Assembly (NCBI GenBank): GCA_050732695.1
Contig: JBOHRL010000053.1
Span: forward strand, 42,495 to 106,494
Origin: Longimicrobiales bacterium
GTDB taxonomy: Bacteria; Gemmatimonadota; Gemmatimonadetes; Longimicrobiales; RSA9
DNA length: 64,000 nt
Direction: 5' to 3'
In this document: in pieces, positions 39,501 through 46,882 of the stretch
Position numbering within the stretch: the stretch's first letter is position 1
Layout: the number at the start of each line of letters is the position of its first letter
Position numbers and translations under genes: made by a program
Notes under the pieces: generated by a model
Told to the model about the DNA's origin: nothing
Databases searched by the model: none
The model's input: the letters and a program-made list of their open reading frames with translations, nothing else

Positions 39501-39596
39501 AACCTGGTCGGCAACAGCGGCAGCTTCGGCCGCCGCGACTACTATCAACTGCCGCCCACGCGGTCGTTCCTGCTGACCACCCGGATCACGTTCTGA
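36546..39596 (+). CDS. SusC/RagA-type TonB-dependent outer-membrane receptor
   Basis: The SD aggagagga precedes the ATG. After the signal comes a carboxypeptidase-regulatory-like domain (GTIQGTVT...VPAGEHVVRVQSLGYT). The plug region reads LDEIIVTGTATQ...IKIRGINS. The C-terminus ends LLTTRITF with an aromatic residue. Confidence 0.92.
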   Translation: MRSRSHALGGYLALLLAATPALAQQTGGTIQGTVTAAATQLPLGSVQVYIPATGIGSLTNREGQFTLTNVPAGEHVVRVQSLGYTSAQQSVTVASGQAATANFALEETAVALDEIIVTGTATQVRKKEIGNSIAAISVREIENVPINNAQEVLAGRAPGVTFMANSGQPGAGGTIKIRGINSASQDAEPLLYIDGVRVFNESTRAGWGGRTTTSPLQDISPDDIARVEVVKGAAATTLYGTEASNGVIQIFTKKGIAGPTQWSAEASYGGNQASRWSADDDPTEQFVNCGLTDMMYSLDLAGSDRGEKVYFVDPTCPSSGKWTRTGLSQRYSLSVRGGAERLSYFISGNYNNEDGYIETMNSKDGGFRANFGFAPIDPLNISFNSAYTRRDTRWLADGNNAEGFLLNVGRGAAGYMKGGKGEDCAGVPDEVVCATNGYVLDSQNFTRSNHFMSGLTINYTPVTNFTNRLIVGFDYTDINNETTLPFGYLTLPQGYYWDENTDHTKVSLDYAATLTHQFGSSVASNFSFGGQIFRDRHRWTEIDVQSFAGPGEPTLESGAELTYRADQPFTETNAGFFAQELLGISDQLFITAGLRVDGNSAFGDDFGLQAYPKVSASYVLSDLAAWPTGWWDAMKIRAAVGESGKAPGAFDKVRTWSPVSGDDGEPGFTPGDIGNDEVGPERTREIEAGFDASFGQGRLGIEFTAFQARTIDALIGVNYPPSAGFTAARTENVGELENKGLEAAITLGLLRTANVDWRFRFSGSILSSEAIDLDGGKPDTTTISTGLNSYIREGYAFPMYFGTRLLNPDEAGNEQLVSDTALGRVYPNRIFGFGTTLTLMQNLTIDALAEFQGGHVVQNYTGYQSARRGSWFPCYATQEKIIAFLDGNSSALDGVPNIDRARCAIGSPGASSTVPGSTIGYDTGFWTEKGDFLKLRQISVTWQLPESIVSRFANSASITLAGRNLLTLTDYTGADPESMDGTDQFNLVGNSGSFGRRDYYQLPPTRSFLLTTRITF

Positions 39597-39604
39597 GCGG
39601 AGGC

Positions 39605-40834
39605 ATGATCATCATGATGACACGTTATCCAGCGCGCATCGTCGCCCTTGCCATCGCCGCTCTTTCTCTGGGTGCGTGCGGCCTGCTCGATGTCGAGGCG
39701 CCAGGACGCATCGCCGACGACGACCTGAACAGCAAGGATGCCATTCCGGCTCTCGTGACCGGCATGTCGTACGACGTCGCCGAATCCCTCGACGACGCGA
39801 TCGAGACGCTTTCCCTCGCGGCCGGCGAACTCTTTCACGGCGGCAGTTACAACCTCGGCGACATCCCGCGCGGCATCATCCTGGCTGAGGATGTCAACGG
39901 CGAATGGGCCACCATGCAGCAGGCCCGCTGGGTCGCCGAGAGCGGGATCACGCGGCTGAGCGAACTGCTCGAGCCCGAAGAGTTCAACCGGAGCCCGTTC
40001 GTCGCGCGAGCCTACATGTTCGCGGGAATCGCCAACCGCACACTCGGCGAGAACCTGTGCGAGACCGCCATTGACGGCGGTCCGCGTGAACCGCACACCG
40101 TCCACTTCGCCCGCGCTCAGGCGCATTTCGACAAGGCCATCGAGATCGGCTCGGCTGCCGGATCGTCGGCACAGGAGTACGTACTCGCCGCATTCGGCGG
40201 GCGCGCCTCCGTGCGTGCCTGGCAGGACGACTGGGCCGGCGCGGTCAGCGATGCCTCTCAGGTGCCCGCGGGCTTCGTTACCTACGCCTACCTCTCTCCC
40301 GACGGCGAGAGCAACATCATCGCCTACGAGACGCACGACCGCTTCGAGTATACCGTCTGGGGTACGGAATTCGAGAATCTCCCGGGCGATGCTCGCGCGC
40401 CATGGGAGATCATTCACCGCCAGGACGGGTCTGTTGCAACGGGTGCGAACGGCTCGACCCCGATGTATCAGCAGCGGAAATACAACGGATCCGGCGACGA
40501 CATTCCTCTCGTCAAGGGCACCGAGATGCTGGTGCTCCGCGCCGAGGCCGCGCTCCGCTCGAACGACATCGATGGCGCATTCGTACTGCTCAACGATGCT
40601 CGCGCGGAATACGGCATGGCTTCGCTGCCCACGCCTGCCTCGCTGGATGAGGCCTGGGATATCCTGCATGCCGAGCGCGGCGCCACGACATGGCTCGAGA
40701 ATCGGCGCTTCTGGGACCTGCGACGCTGGTTCGCCGAAACCGGTCCCGCGCACCACGATTTCCTGGCCGATCGCGACCAGTGCATTCCCATCAGTGAGGA
40801 AGAACTGGACACGAATCCCAGTCTGCGCGGCTGA
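39605..40834 (+). CDS. SusD/RagB-family lipoprotein
   Basis: It starts 9 nt after SusC. The lipobox is AALSLGAC. The C-terminal WLENRRFWDLRRWF is typical of RagB/SusD. Confidence 0.85.
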   Translation: MIIMMTRYPARIVALAIAALSLGACGLLDVEAPGRIADDDLNSKDAIPALVTGMSYDVAESLDDAIETLSLAAGELFHGGSYNLGDIPRGIILAEDVNGEWATMQQARWVAESGITRLSELLEPEEFNRSPFVARAYMFAGIANRTLGENLCETAIDGGPREPHTVHFARAQAHFDKAIEIGSAAGSSAQEYVLAAFGGRASVRAWQDDWAGAVSDASQVPAGFVTYAYLSPDGESNIIAYETHDRFEYTVWGTEFENLPGDARAPWEIIHRQDGSVATGANGSTPMYQQRKYNGSGDDIPLVKGTEMLVLRAEAALRSNDIDGAFVLLNDARAEYGMASLPTPASLDEAWDILHAERGATTWLENRRFWDLRRWFAETGPAHHDFLADRDQCIPISEEELDTNPSLRG

Positions 40835-40856
40835 TCCGCGCTCTGCTGGCGCACAC

Positions 40857-40890
40857 GTGCCCGGGCACGAGGGATACCGTGCCCGGGCAC
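40857..40890 (+). terminator. Twin palindrome able to form a 12-bp hairpin after susD-like gene
   Basis: gtgcccgggcac occurs at 40857-40868 and again at 40879-40890, separated by gagggatacc. Each copy is self-complementary, so the two copies can also pair with each other. Confidence 0.35.
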
Positions 40891-40917
40891 AGTGCGTTCT
40901 GGACGAACGGTGGACCC

Positions 40918-41454
40918 ATGAATCGCGTTCGATGTACGCTCTGTCTTTTGACCCTCGTGACGAGCTTCACCTTGCCGGCCTGTTATCGGTACGCCCCCGT
41001 CGGGATCACCGAACTCGCCGAAGGCAAACTCGCTCGCACCCGCGTGACCGCTGAACAGGCAGTCGCCCTGAACGACCTTGCGGGTGTTGACGACCGGCTC
41101 GTCGAAGGAGAGATCGTCGCCCTCGGCGACGGGAGCCTGACCATGTCCGTCGCATCCGCTTCCGTGACCGCCGGCCTCAGCTCGCGCCGCCTCTACCAGC
41201 GCGTCGTCATCCCGCACCAATCCATTGTCGAAGTCGAGACCCGTCGCCTCGATAAGCTCCGGACCGGCCTGCTCGTCGGCGTCGCGACCACCGTCGCCGC
41301 GTACATCGTCGCAAGCCAGTTCATCGCCGCCGACGATCCGGAAGGCGAGGACAAACCCGACCCGGAACGGCTTATCGGACCGGGAACCATTTCCCAAAGT
41401 TGGCTCATCGACCTATCCCGTGCCGCCTGGCGCGCTCTTCAGCGGAGATGGTAG
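40918..41454 (+). CDS. Hypothetical lipoprotein with C-terminal hydrophobic helix
   Basis: ORF 40879..41454 trimmed to MNRVRCTLCLLTLVTSFTLPAC (ATG 40918). A later segment, TGLLVGVATTVAAYIVASQFIAA, is hydrophobic. Confidence 0.55.
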   Translation: MNRVRCTLCLLTLVTSFTLPACYRYAPVGITELAEGKLARTRVTAEQAVALNDLAGVDDRLVEGEIVALGDGSLTMSVASASVTAGLSSRRLYQRVVIPHQSIVEVETRRLDKLRTGLLVGVATTVAAYIVASQFIAADDPEGEDKPDPERLIGPGTISQSWLIDLSRAAWRALQRRW

Positions 41455-41470
41455 GCAGGCGCGGAAGGCA

Positions 41471-42520
41471 TCAAGCTGGCCCCGCCAGAGTCGGTCCTGC
41501 CACGAGAAGCCGCTTCCGGTCAGCGGCGATCACGTTGGAAACTGCATTCGCGGAAACACGGAGATACGCGGCGATCTGCGTGTTCCGATAACCCTGGTTT
41601 ACCGCGTGGCGAATGATGGTATGTCGAGCGAGCACATATGGGCGACCGCCCCATCGTGAGCGCACGACCAGCGGATCCAGGCCGGGCTCACTCTCGTTCA
41701 GCACTTTGGCGGCGATCACGCCGAGATCGAGACGACGCGGATCCATCTCACCGGCGATGGGTTCGCCCGACGCCAGCGGCCGACTGAACCCGAACCCGGG
41801 TTGGTGAACGCTCAGAAAGGATCTCCAGTTGGCATCGCCCTGGGCGAGCGGGGGTGGCGGCGGCGAGCAGCCGGTTTCCCTGCCCATGTCGACGTCAGCC
41901 TGCCACCGGTCGCTTGCGAGACGCCAGTCGAGATAGGCGACATAGTCAGCAATCAGTTCTGACCGGCTACGCTCGGGGCTTCTGGCAAAGAGCGGCAGTA
42001 CTCTCGCGGGAGTCACCGGCTCGGGGCCGCCGTCGGCACTCAGCGTCTCACCCAACCACGCCCTGTGCGAACTCCATTCATACTCCTCTGCTCGTGTGCA
42101 GAGGCCTGCACGCACCGGGTTGAGATGCGTGTACGCGATGGCGTTCCGCAGATAATCCGGATCCGCGCACGGCCGGTCCCGATAGCGTCGCTCGAAGATG
42201 CAACCCACGTAGTTGTGCTTGCGCTGGACGAGCAGAGCTATGCGCCGGAGCAAGGGCTGCATGAAGTCGCATAACGGTTGGTTACCCTGACGCACGATGA
42301 GATGCAAGTGGTTGGACATGATCGCGTAGGCGAGCAATTCCACGTCGCCGATGGCAACCTGATCGCGAAGCAGAGCAATGATCGCGTACTTCAGCTCTGC
42401 TTCGAACAGCGCCTCGCCGCGAAGCAGGCGCGTCGTCAGGTGCAGAGTCCCGCCGGGCAGATGGGAACGGTGAAGTCGACCCATGTCCGGGAATGTGCTG
42501 ATTCCTCGGGGCACCTCCAT
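41471..42520 (-). CDS. IS200/IS605-type Y1 (HUH) transposase-family protein (RAYT-like) with C-terminal DnaA-domain-IV-like HTH
   Basis: The HUH motif lies in AYAIMSNHLHLIV, and the catalytic-Tyr block is NAIAYTHLNPVRAGL. The C-terminal GRPYVLARHTIIRHAVNQGYRNTQIAAYLRVSANAVSNVI resembles the DnaA C-terminal HTH. No flanking repeats are present; the neighbouring genes abut it. Confidence 0.75.
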   Translation of the reverse strand: MEVPRGISTFPDMGRLHRSHLPGGTLHLTTRLLRGEALFEAELKYAIIALLRDQVAIGDVELLAYAIMSNHLHLIVRQGNQPLCDFMQPLLRRIALLVQRKHNYVGCIFERRYRDRPCADPDYLRNAIAYTHLNPVRAGLCTRAEEYEWSSHRAWLGETLSADGGPEPVTPARVLPLFARSPERSRSELIADYVAYLDWRLASDRWQADVDMGRETGCSPPPPPLAQGDANWRSFLSVHQPGFGFSRPLASGEPIAGEMDPRRLDLGVIAAKVLNESEPGLDPLVVRSRWGGRPYVLARHTIIRHAVNQGYRNTQIAAYLRVSANAVSNVIAADRKRLLVAGPTLAGPA

Positions 42521-42559
42521 AGGCGGATGGGCAAGCTTTGGGAAATGGAGGGTGGTCCG

Positions 42560-43837
42560 CTAGTTGCCGCCGATCCCGTTGCTGAAGCGTGGGTTCACAA
42601 TGTTGTCGAAGCTGGAGCCGAATCGGTAGGACAGACCGAAGAACATGAAGTAGCTGTAGTCGGTCCGCAGTTCGTGGAGCCTGAGCAGGATCTCGTCGCG
42701 CGTTGCGCCCTCCTTTGCGATCGAGAGCTGGTCGCGGACCACGCGGTACACGCCGTCGAGATTCAGGGAGAGACCACGGAACAGTCGCAGTTCCATTCCT
42801 GCCTGGAAGGACGCGCGATACTTCTGCGTGTCATCGAGGAACTGCGAGAAGTCGACCGACAGCGCTGTGGCGCCCCAGGTCTGGCGGGTGGTATAGCCGA
42901 CGGTCAGGGTATGAGCCGGGCGCGTCTCCTTGAGGCGGTCGAAAATCGTAGTCTCGCGGTAATCGAAGGAGTTGATACCGGCGGAGTAAACGATGGTGAA
43001 CGCCCGTCTCGTGGACTCCGAGTACGGAAAGAAGTTGTATTCGATGGCAGGGGCCAACCGCCAGGCGATTTCGGTGTTGCCGAATGTGCTGGACTCGACG
43101 ACGCCCTGCGCACCGAGCGAGGTATGTCCGCCGATGCTGCGCACGAGCAGAATTCTACCCGTGTAGGAGCGCGTAATCGATTTGATGGTCGTGACGCTGT
43201 CCACTTCGAATGTGTTCTCGCTGTAGCTTCCGCGTGCGGAGGACTGGACCTTCCATGCTTCCGTGATACGGTTTGCTTCGAGACTGACGGAGAAGTTGCT
43301 GAACTTCTGCCGGCTCTCTCCATTCAAGAAGCCGTTGCCGTTGATGCGGAAGACCCAATAGTTCCATGGATCCTGAGTCGTGGCCGTGCGCAACTGCGCC
43401 TGTGGACCTTCTGGCTCGACGATCGAGATCTGCACCCGGTCGGCAAGCGGCAGGTTGGCGATGAACGGCATGAGCCCGATTTTCACTTTGCGAACCAGAC
43501 CTGCCTGTCTGATGACCGGTGTGGCATCAGGAGAAGCCACGTAGCGAAGCGTATCGGTGATTCCGGCGTAGCTCTGTCCACCGATGAAGAAGAGCGAGAA
43601 GTCACGACCGCCGGTACTGGTTATCTGGACTGTGACCAGCACGTGAACATCTGCATCAGCGCGGTCGAGCATGAAGTCGACCCAGTTGATCTCGGTACGC
43701 ACGAAGTCGCGTTCGCACGCATTACAGTCGAGGAAGACGCGCAGGCGGGTGGGCCCAGGTTCCTGCGCAAGGACAGGCGATGCGACGAGTCCCGCGAGCA
43801 GTCCGAGAAGCGCGGATCCGGTGCGACAACGCATCAT
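42560..43837 (-). CDS. Hypothetical outer-membrane beta-barrel protein
   Basis: The signal is MMRCRTGSALLGLLAGLVASPVLAQE. The body has alternating beta-strand patterns. The tail YSYFMFFGLSYRFGSSF is aromatic-rich. Confidence 0.65.
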   Translation of the reverse strand: MMRCRTGSALLGLLAGLVASPVLAQEPGPTRLRVFLDCNACERDFVRTEINWVDFMLDRADADVHVLVTVQITSTGGRDFSLFFIGGQSYAGITDTLRYVASPDATPVIRQAGLVRKVKIGLMPFIANLPLADRVQISIVEPEGPQAQLRTATTQDPWNYWVFRINGNGFLNGESRQKFSNFSVSLEANRITEAWKVQSSARGSYSENTFEVDSVTTIKSITRSYTGRILLVRSIGGHTSLGAQGVVESSTFGNTEIAWRLAPAIEYNFFPYSESTRRAFTIVYSAGINSFDYRETTIFDRLKETRPAHTLTVGYTTRQTWGATALSVDFSQFLDDTQKYRASFQAGMELRLFRGLSLNLDGVYRVVRDQLSIAKEGATRDEILLRLHELRTDYSYFMFFGLSYRFGSSFDNIVNPRFSNGIGGN

Positions 43838-44255
43838 GTCACAGCCTCCATCGGCCAGGGCAAGTATCCCGGGACCGCGGTTGCCTTTGCGCGACGGGCT
43901 GTTCCGAAGCGCGACCTCCCGGGCGAAACAGACGTTCGTGAGACACCGGCCCTCGCGTCCGGGTTCGCTCCAGCATTCGATGACAGTCCGCCCCTGACCC
44001 GTTTATCGCTGCCAGCGGACCGCCCGTTGTGCATGTGATCGCGAACAGGCTGGCCATGGCGCGGGCCTTCAGCACCGCGGATCGAGAATCCCGGTACGCC
44101 GATCTCGACGGCGCCGGACACGGTCTCCCCTCGAGCGCTGGCCGGCAGATGGATGCCGGGTCATCGGTCCGGCCATGCGACACGTCATGGACCCCCGCGC
44201 TCAATCGTCTGGTACGATCTGGCAGACTACATTCCCCCAGCGGAGGGAGAATGCC

Positions 44256-44609
44256 ATGAGATCGATGACGATGCACACACGACACGCTGCCCGGCGGGTG
44301 ATCGGTCCAGTGTTCGCCCTTTTCATGCTCGCCGGTTGCGCATCCACGACACCGATTGGCGAGCTGCTCGCGGAACCCGGGCGCTACGATGGCCGGGACG
44401 TCCGCGTGGAAGGAACGGTCACGCGCGCTGCGGGCGTGCTCGGCGTCGGCGCGTACGAGATGGAAGACGGCACCGGCACGATCGTCGTGATTGCACGCGG
44501 CCAGGGCGTTCCGCCCGAGGGCGCACGGACTCGCGTTCGTGGCACGTTCGAGTCCGTCTTCAGCTTCATGGGCCGGAGCATCGCCGCGATTCTTCAGACA
44601 GAACGCTGA
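44256..44609 (+). CDS. Small lipoprotein, OB-fold-like
   Basis: The SD ggaggga at 44243-44249 precedes ATG 44256. MRSMTMHTRHAARRVIGPVFALFMLAGC carries a lipobox. DGRDVRVEGTVTRAAGVLGVGAYEMEDGTGTIVV is typical of small OB-fold periplasmic proteins. Confidence 0.6.
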   Translation: MRSMTMHTRHAARRVIGPVFALFMLAGCASTTPIGELLAEPGRYDGRDVRVEGTVTRAAGVLGVGAYEMEDGTGTIVVIARGQGVPPEGARTRVRGTFESVFSFMGRSIAAILQTER

Positions 44610-45803
44610 TTGGCGTGCCGGACGTTGCGTCGCAACAGGGATCGATCGAAGAGCGGAGGCCTCGTCAGGCTGGCGGTGACGATCACGATCGCGTCACTCC
44701 CTGCTGCGCTCGCCTGTGCCATGCAGGACAGACGTGAGGATGGGGACTCCGGAAGTGGTGATAATACCGCGACAACGGCAAAACCGACGATCGTCGCTCG
44801 AGGCCTGAACGGGCCCGTCGGCGTGCTCGTCGAAACGGACGGCACGCTGTGGATCTCGGAGAGCGGGACGGGTGGCGATCAGGTCATGCAAGGCGGAGCA
44901 CCGGATTCCGAACCGGTCCGATCCATTCCGTGGGGTCTCACGGCGCGTCTCATTCGGGTCGGCACGGACGGCACGCAAACGCACGTGCTCTCGCTTCCGT
45001 CCATGATCACCCCCGAAGGTCCTGATGGCGCTGGCCGGATCGTTGTGCTGGACGGCACACTCTATGTCACCAGTGGCGCCTGGACGGATGGCATGAGCAT
45101 CGACCGGCCGTCGAACATGGCGGCCATCGTCCGTGTGATGCATGGTAACGCGAGCGAACTCGTCACGACGTGGGACATCGAGAGAAGAGACAATCCCGAC
45201 GGTGCCGCGATCGAGACGAACCCCTTCGACCTCACGGTCGGGCCGGATCGTGCGCTGTGGCTGACCGACGCCGCCGGCAACACGCTCTATCGCATCGACC
45301 CCGCCACCCGAGCGCTCGAGCTGCGCGCCGTTTTCAGTGCGATGACCGGCCCGATCCCACGAGGCTCGCGTGAGCCCGACATGACGATCCAGGCGGTTCC
45401 GACCGCCGTTGCGTTCGATGCTGACGGTGACATGTACGTGTCCTTGATGCCGGGCGTTCCGTATCTGCCCGGCTCAGGCAGGGTCGTGCGCGTTTCGCAG
45501 GACGGGCGGGTCAGTGACTACGCGACCGGTCTGACCTCGTTGACGGACCTCGTGACCGGGCCGGATGGACAGCTTTACGCTGTGTCGGTCGGCCTGTTCA
45601 CGGAGCACGGCCCGGTCGCCAACACCGGCGCTATCGTGCGCATCCGCGAGGGCCCGGTATCCGATACGATCCTCTCCGGCCTGTCTTTTCCCAGCACGCT
45701 CGCCTTCGCGAACAACGGTGACGCGTATGTTGCACGCAACAGCATCGGCCCGGCGGGATCCGGCGAAGTCGTGCGCTACGCCGCACTCGTATCTGTCCGT
45801 TAG
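44610..45803 (+). CDS. Secreted beta-propeller protein (NHL/SMP-30/ScyE-like)
   Basis: A lipobox-like ASLPAALAC is present. Repeated blades read GLNGPVGVLVETDGTLWISESG, DRALWLTDAAGNTLYRID, AFDADGDMYVS and FANNGDAYVA. The start codon is uncertain; TTG 44610 directly follows the upstream stop. Confidence 0.7.
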   Translation: MACRTLRRNRDRSKSGGLVRLAVTITIASLPAALACAMQDRREDGDSGSGDNTATTAKPTIVARGLNGPVGVLVETDGTLWISESGTGGDQVMQGGAPDSEPVRSIPWGLTARLIRVGTDGTQTHVLSLPSMITPEGPDGAGRIVVLDGTLYVTSGAWTDGMSIDRPSNMAAIVRVMHGNASELVTTWDIERRDNPDGAAIETNPFDLTVGPDRALWLTDAAGNTLYRIDPATRALELRAVFSAMTGPIPRGSREPDMTIQAVPTAVAFDADGDMYVSLMPGVPYLPGSGRVVRVSQDGRVSDYATGLTSLTDLVTGPDGQLYAVSVGLFTEHGPVANTGAIVRIREGPVSDTILSGLSFPSTLAFANNGDAYVARNSIGPAGSGEVVRYAALVSVR

Positions 45804-45867
45804 CGCGAGTCACACCATGAGATCCTGCGCGCGTTCCGGCCCGTTCCGGCAACTCCGCAGGTAGCGA

Positions 45868-45987
45868 TCCACTCCGAACCGCCACCCGGTCAGCACCTCG
45901 CCTGTCCTCTCCGCCGCGCTCAGACCCACGTCCACTCCGAGTCACCCACCCGGTCAGCACCTCGACCGACCTCGCCGCCGCGCTCAG
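45868..45987. repeat. Two imperfect direct repeats, period about 63 nt
   Basis: tccactccgaaccgccacccggtcagcacctcgcctgtcctctccgccgcgctcag (45868-45923) repeats as tccactccgagtcacccacccggtcagcacctcgaccgacctcgccgccgcgctcag (45931-45987). Identity is about 85% by eye. Confidence 0.65.
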
Positions 45988-46242
45988 GTGCGCCCGGCAG
46001 TTTGTCGCCGCCGATGCCTCACCCACCGGTCCGACCACGCTGTCATACCCCACCTGTACGTTGTGCCCGATCACCATGCCGGCAAACCCATGACCGTGTC
46101 GAGGCACGCATTGTCCGATTCCGATCGGCCCGGAAACCTGCATGCGCCAGGCGCAGCGCCTCGCGGTGAGTCGCGCCTTGATCGGGGCGAAGCGGTGCGG
46201 CCGCCGGAGGGTTCGATCCGATCGCGCATAGATCGCCTTGCG

Positions 46243-46509
46243 ATGGCCTCCGCGCTGGCTACTGTCACCGGCCGCTCGATTGCCGGCGGGCTTGCCGGCT
46301 GCGCGCTCGGCGCCGCGGTCGTGGCCGTCCCGCTCACCGTACTCGCCTGGTTGGTCGCGTGGCTGCGGCCCGATGGGTGGAAACTCATACGCGAGTGGTA
46401 CGTGATCCTGGGCGTGGCCGCCGCCGTTCTTCTCGCCATTCTTTGGGCGGCCTCGATTTCGATCAGTGTGCTCGACCGCCACCGGCGCTCGCCGCCACCG
46501 TCGTACTGA
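46243..46509 (+). CDS. Small two-TM membrane protein (hypothetical)
   Basis: This is the C-terminal part of ORF 45988..46509, from MASALATVTGRSIAGGLAGCALGAAVVAVPLTVLAWLVAWL to VILGVAAAVLLAILWAASISISVL. It has very high third-position G+C. The upstream part of the ORF looks non-coding. Confidence 0.4.
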   Translation: MASALATVTGRSIAGGLAGCALGAAVVAVPLTVLAWLVAWLRPDGWKLIREWYVILGVAAAVLLAILWAASISISVLDRHRRSPPPSY

Positions 46510-46882
46510 AGTGTTCGGGCGGGCTCGACGCGGCTCCAGAGAGCGGCCCGAGGCACGTATCAGCGGGTCATTCGATCATGCTGTACGGAGCGACGGCGAG
46601 CTTCCACGATTCCATGATGGCTCCAGGATGAGGCGATACCTTGCGTAACTCGGTGTTTCCTGGCCACTTTCCTCGCGACGGCCTCCCGGGACCGTCGAGG
46701 GCTCGCAAGTACCCGAACCGAAAGGAGAATCTCCCCGGACCCGGGTCACTCGCCCACACCGTTCTGATGCCCGGCCAGTCAAAACGCTGTCCGATCGACG
46801 CAACCCGTGCGCGAGCGAGGCCGCTCGTGCCACGAGATGCTCGGATTGCACGGGCCGGCACCCACTCCTCGAGGAGGGACGA

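Noticed and set aside
41471-42520. Annotating the Y1 transposase-family gene as an insertion sequence or mobile element.
   Set aside because: There are no terminal hairpins, inverted repeats, target duplications or accessory tnpB. The neighbouring genes abut it, so only a CDS call is justified.
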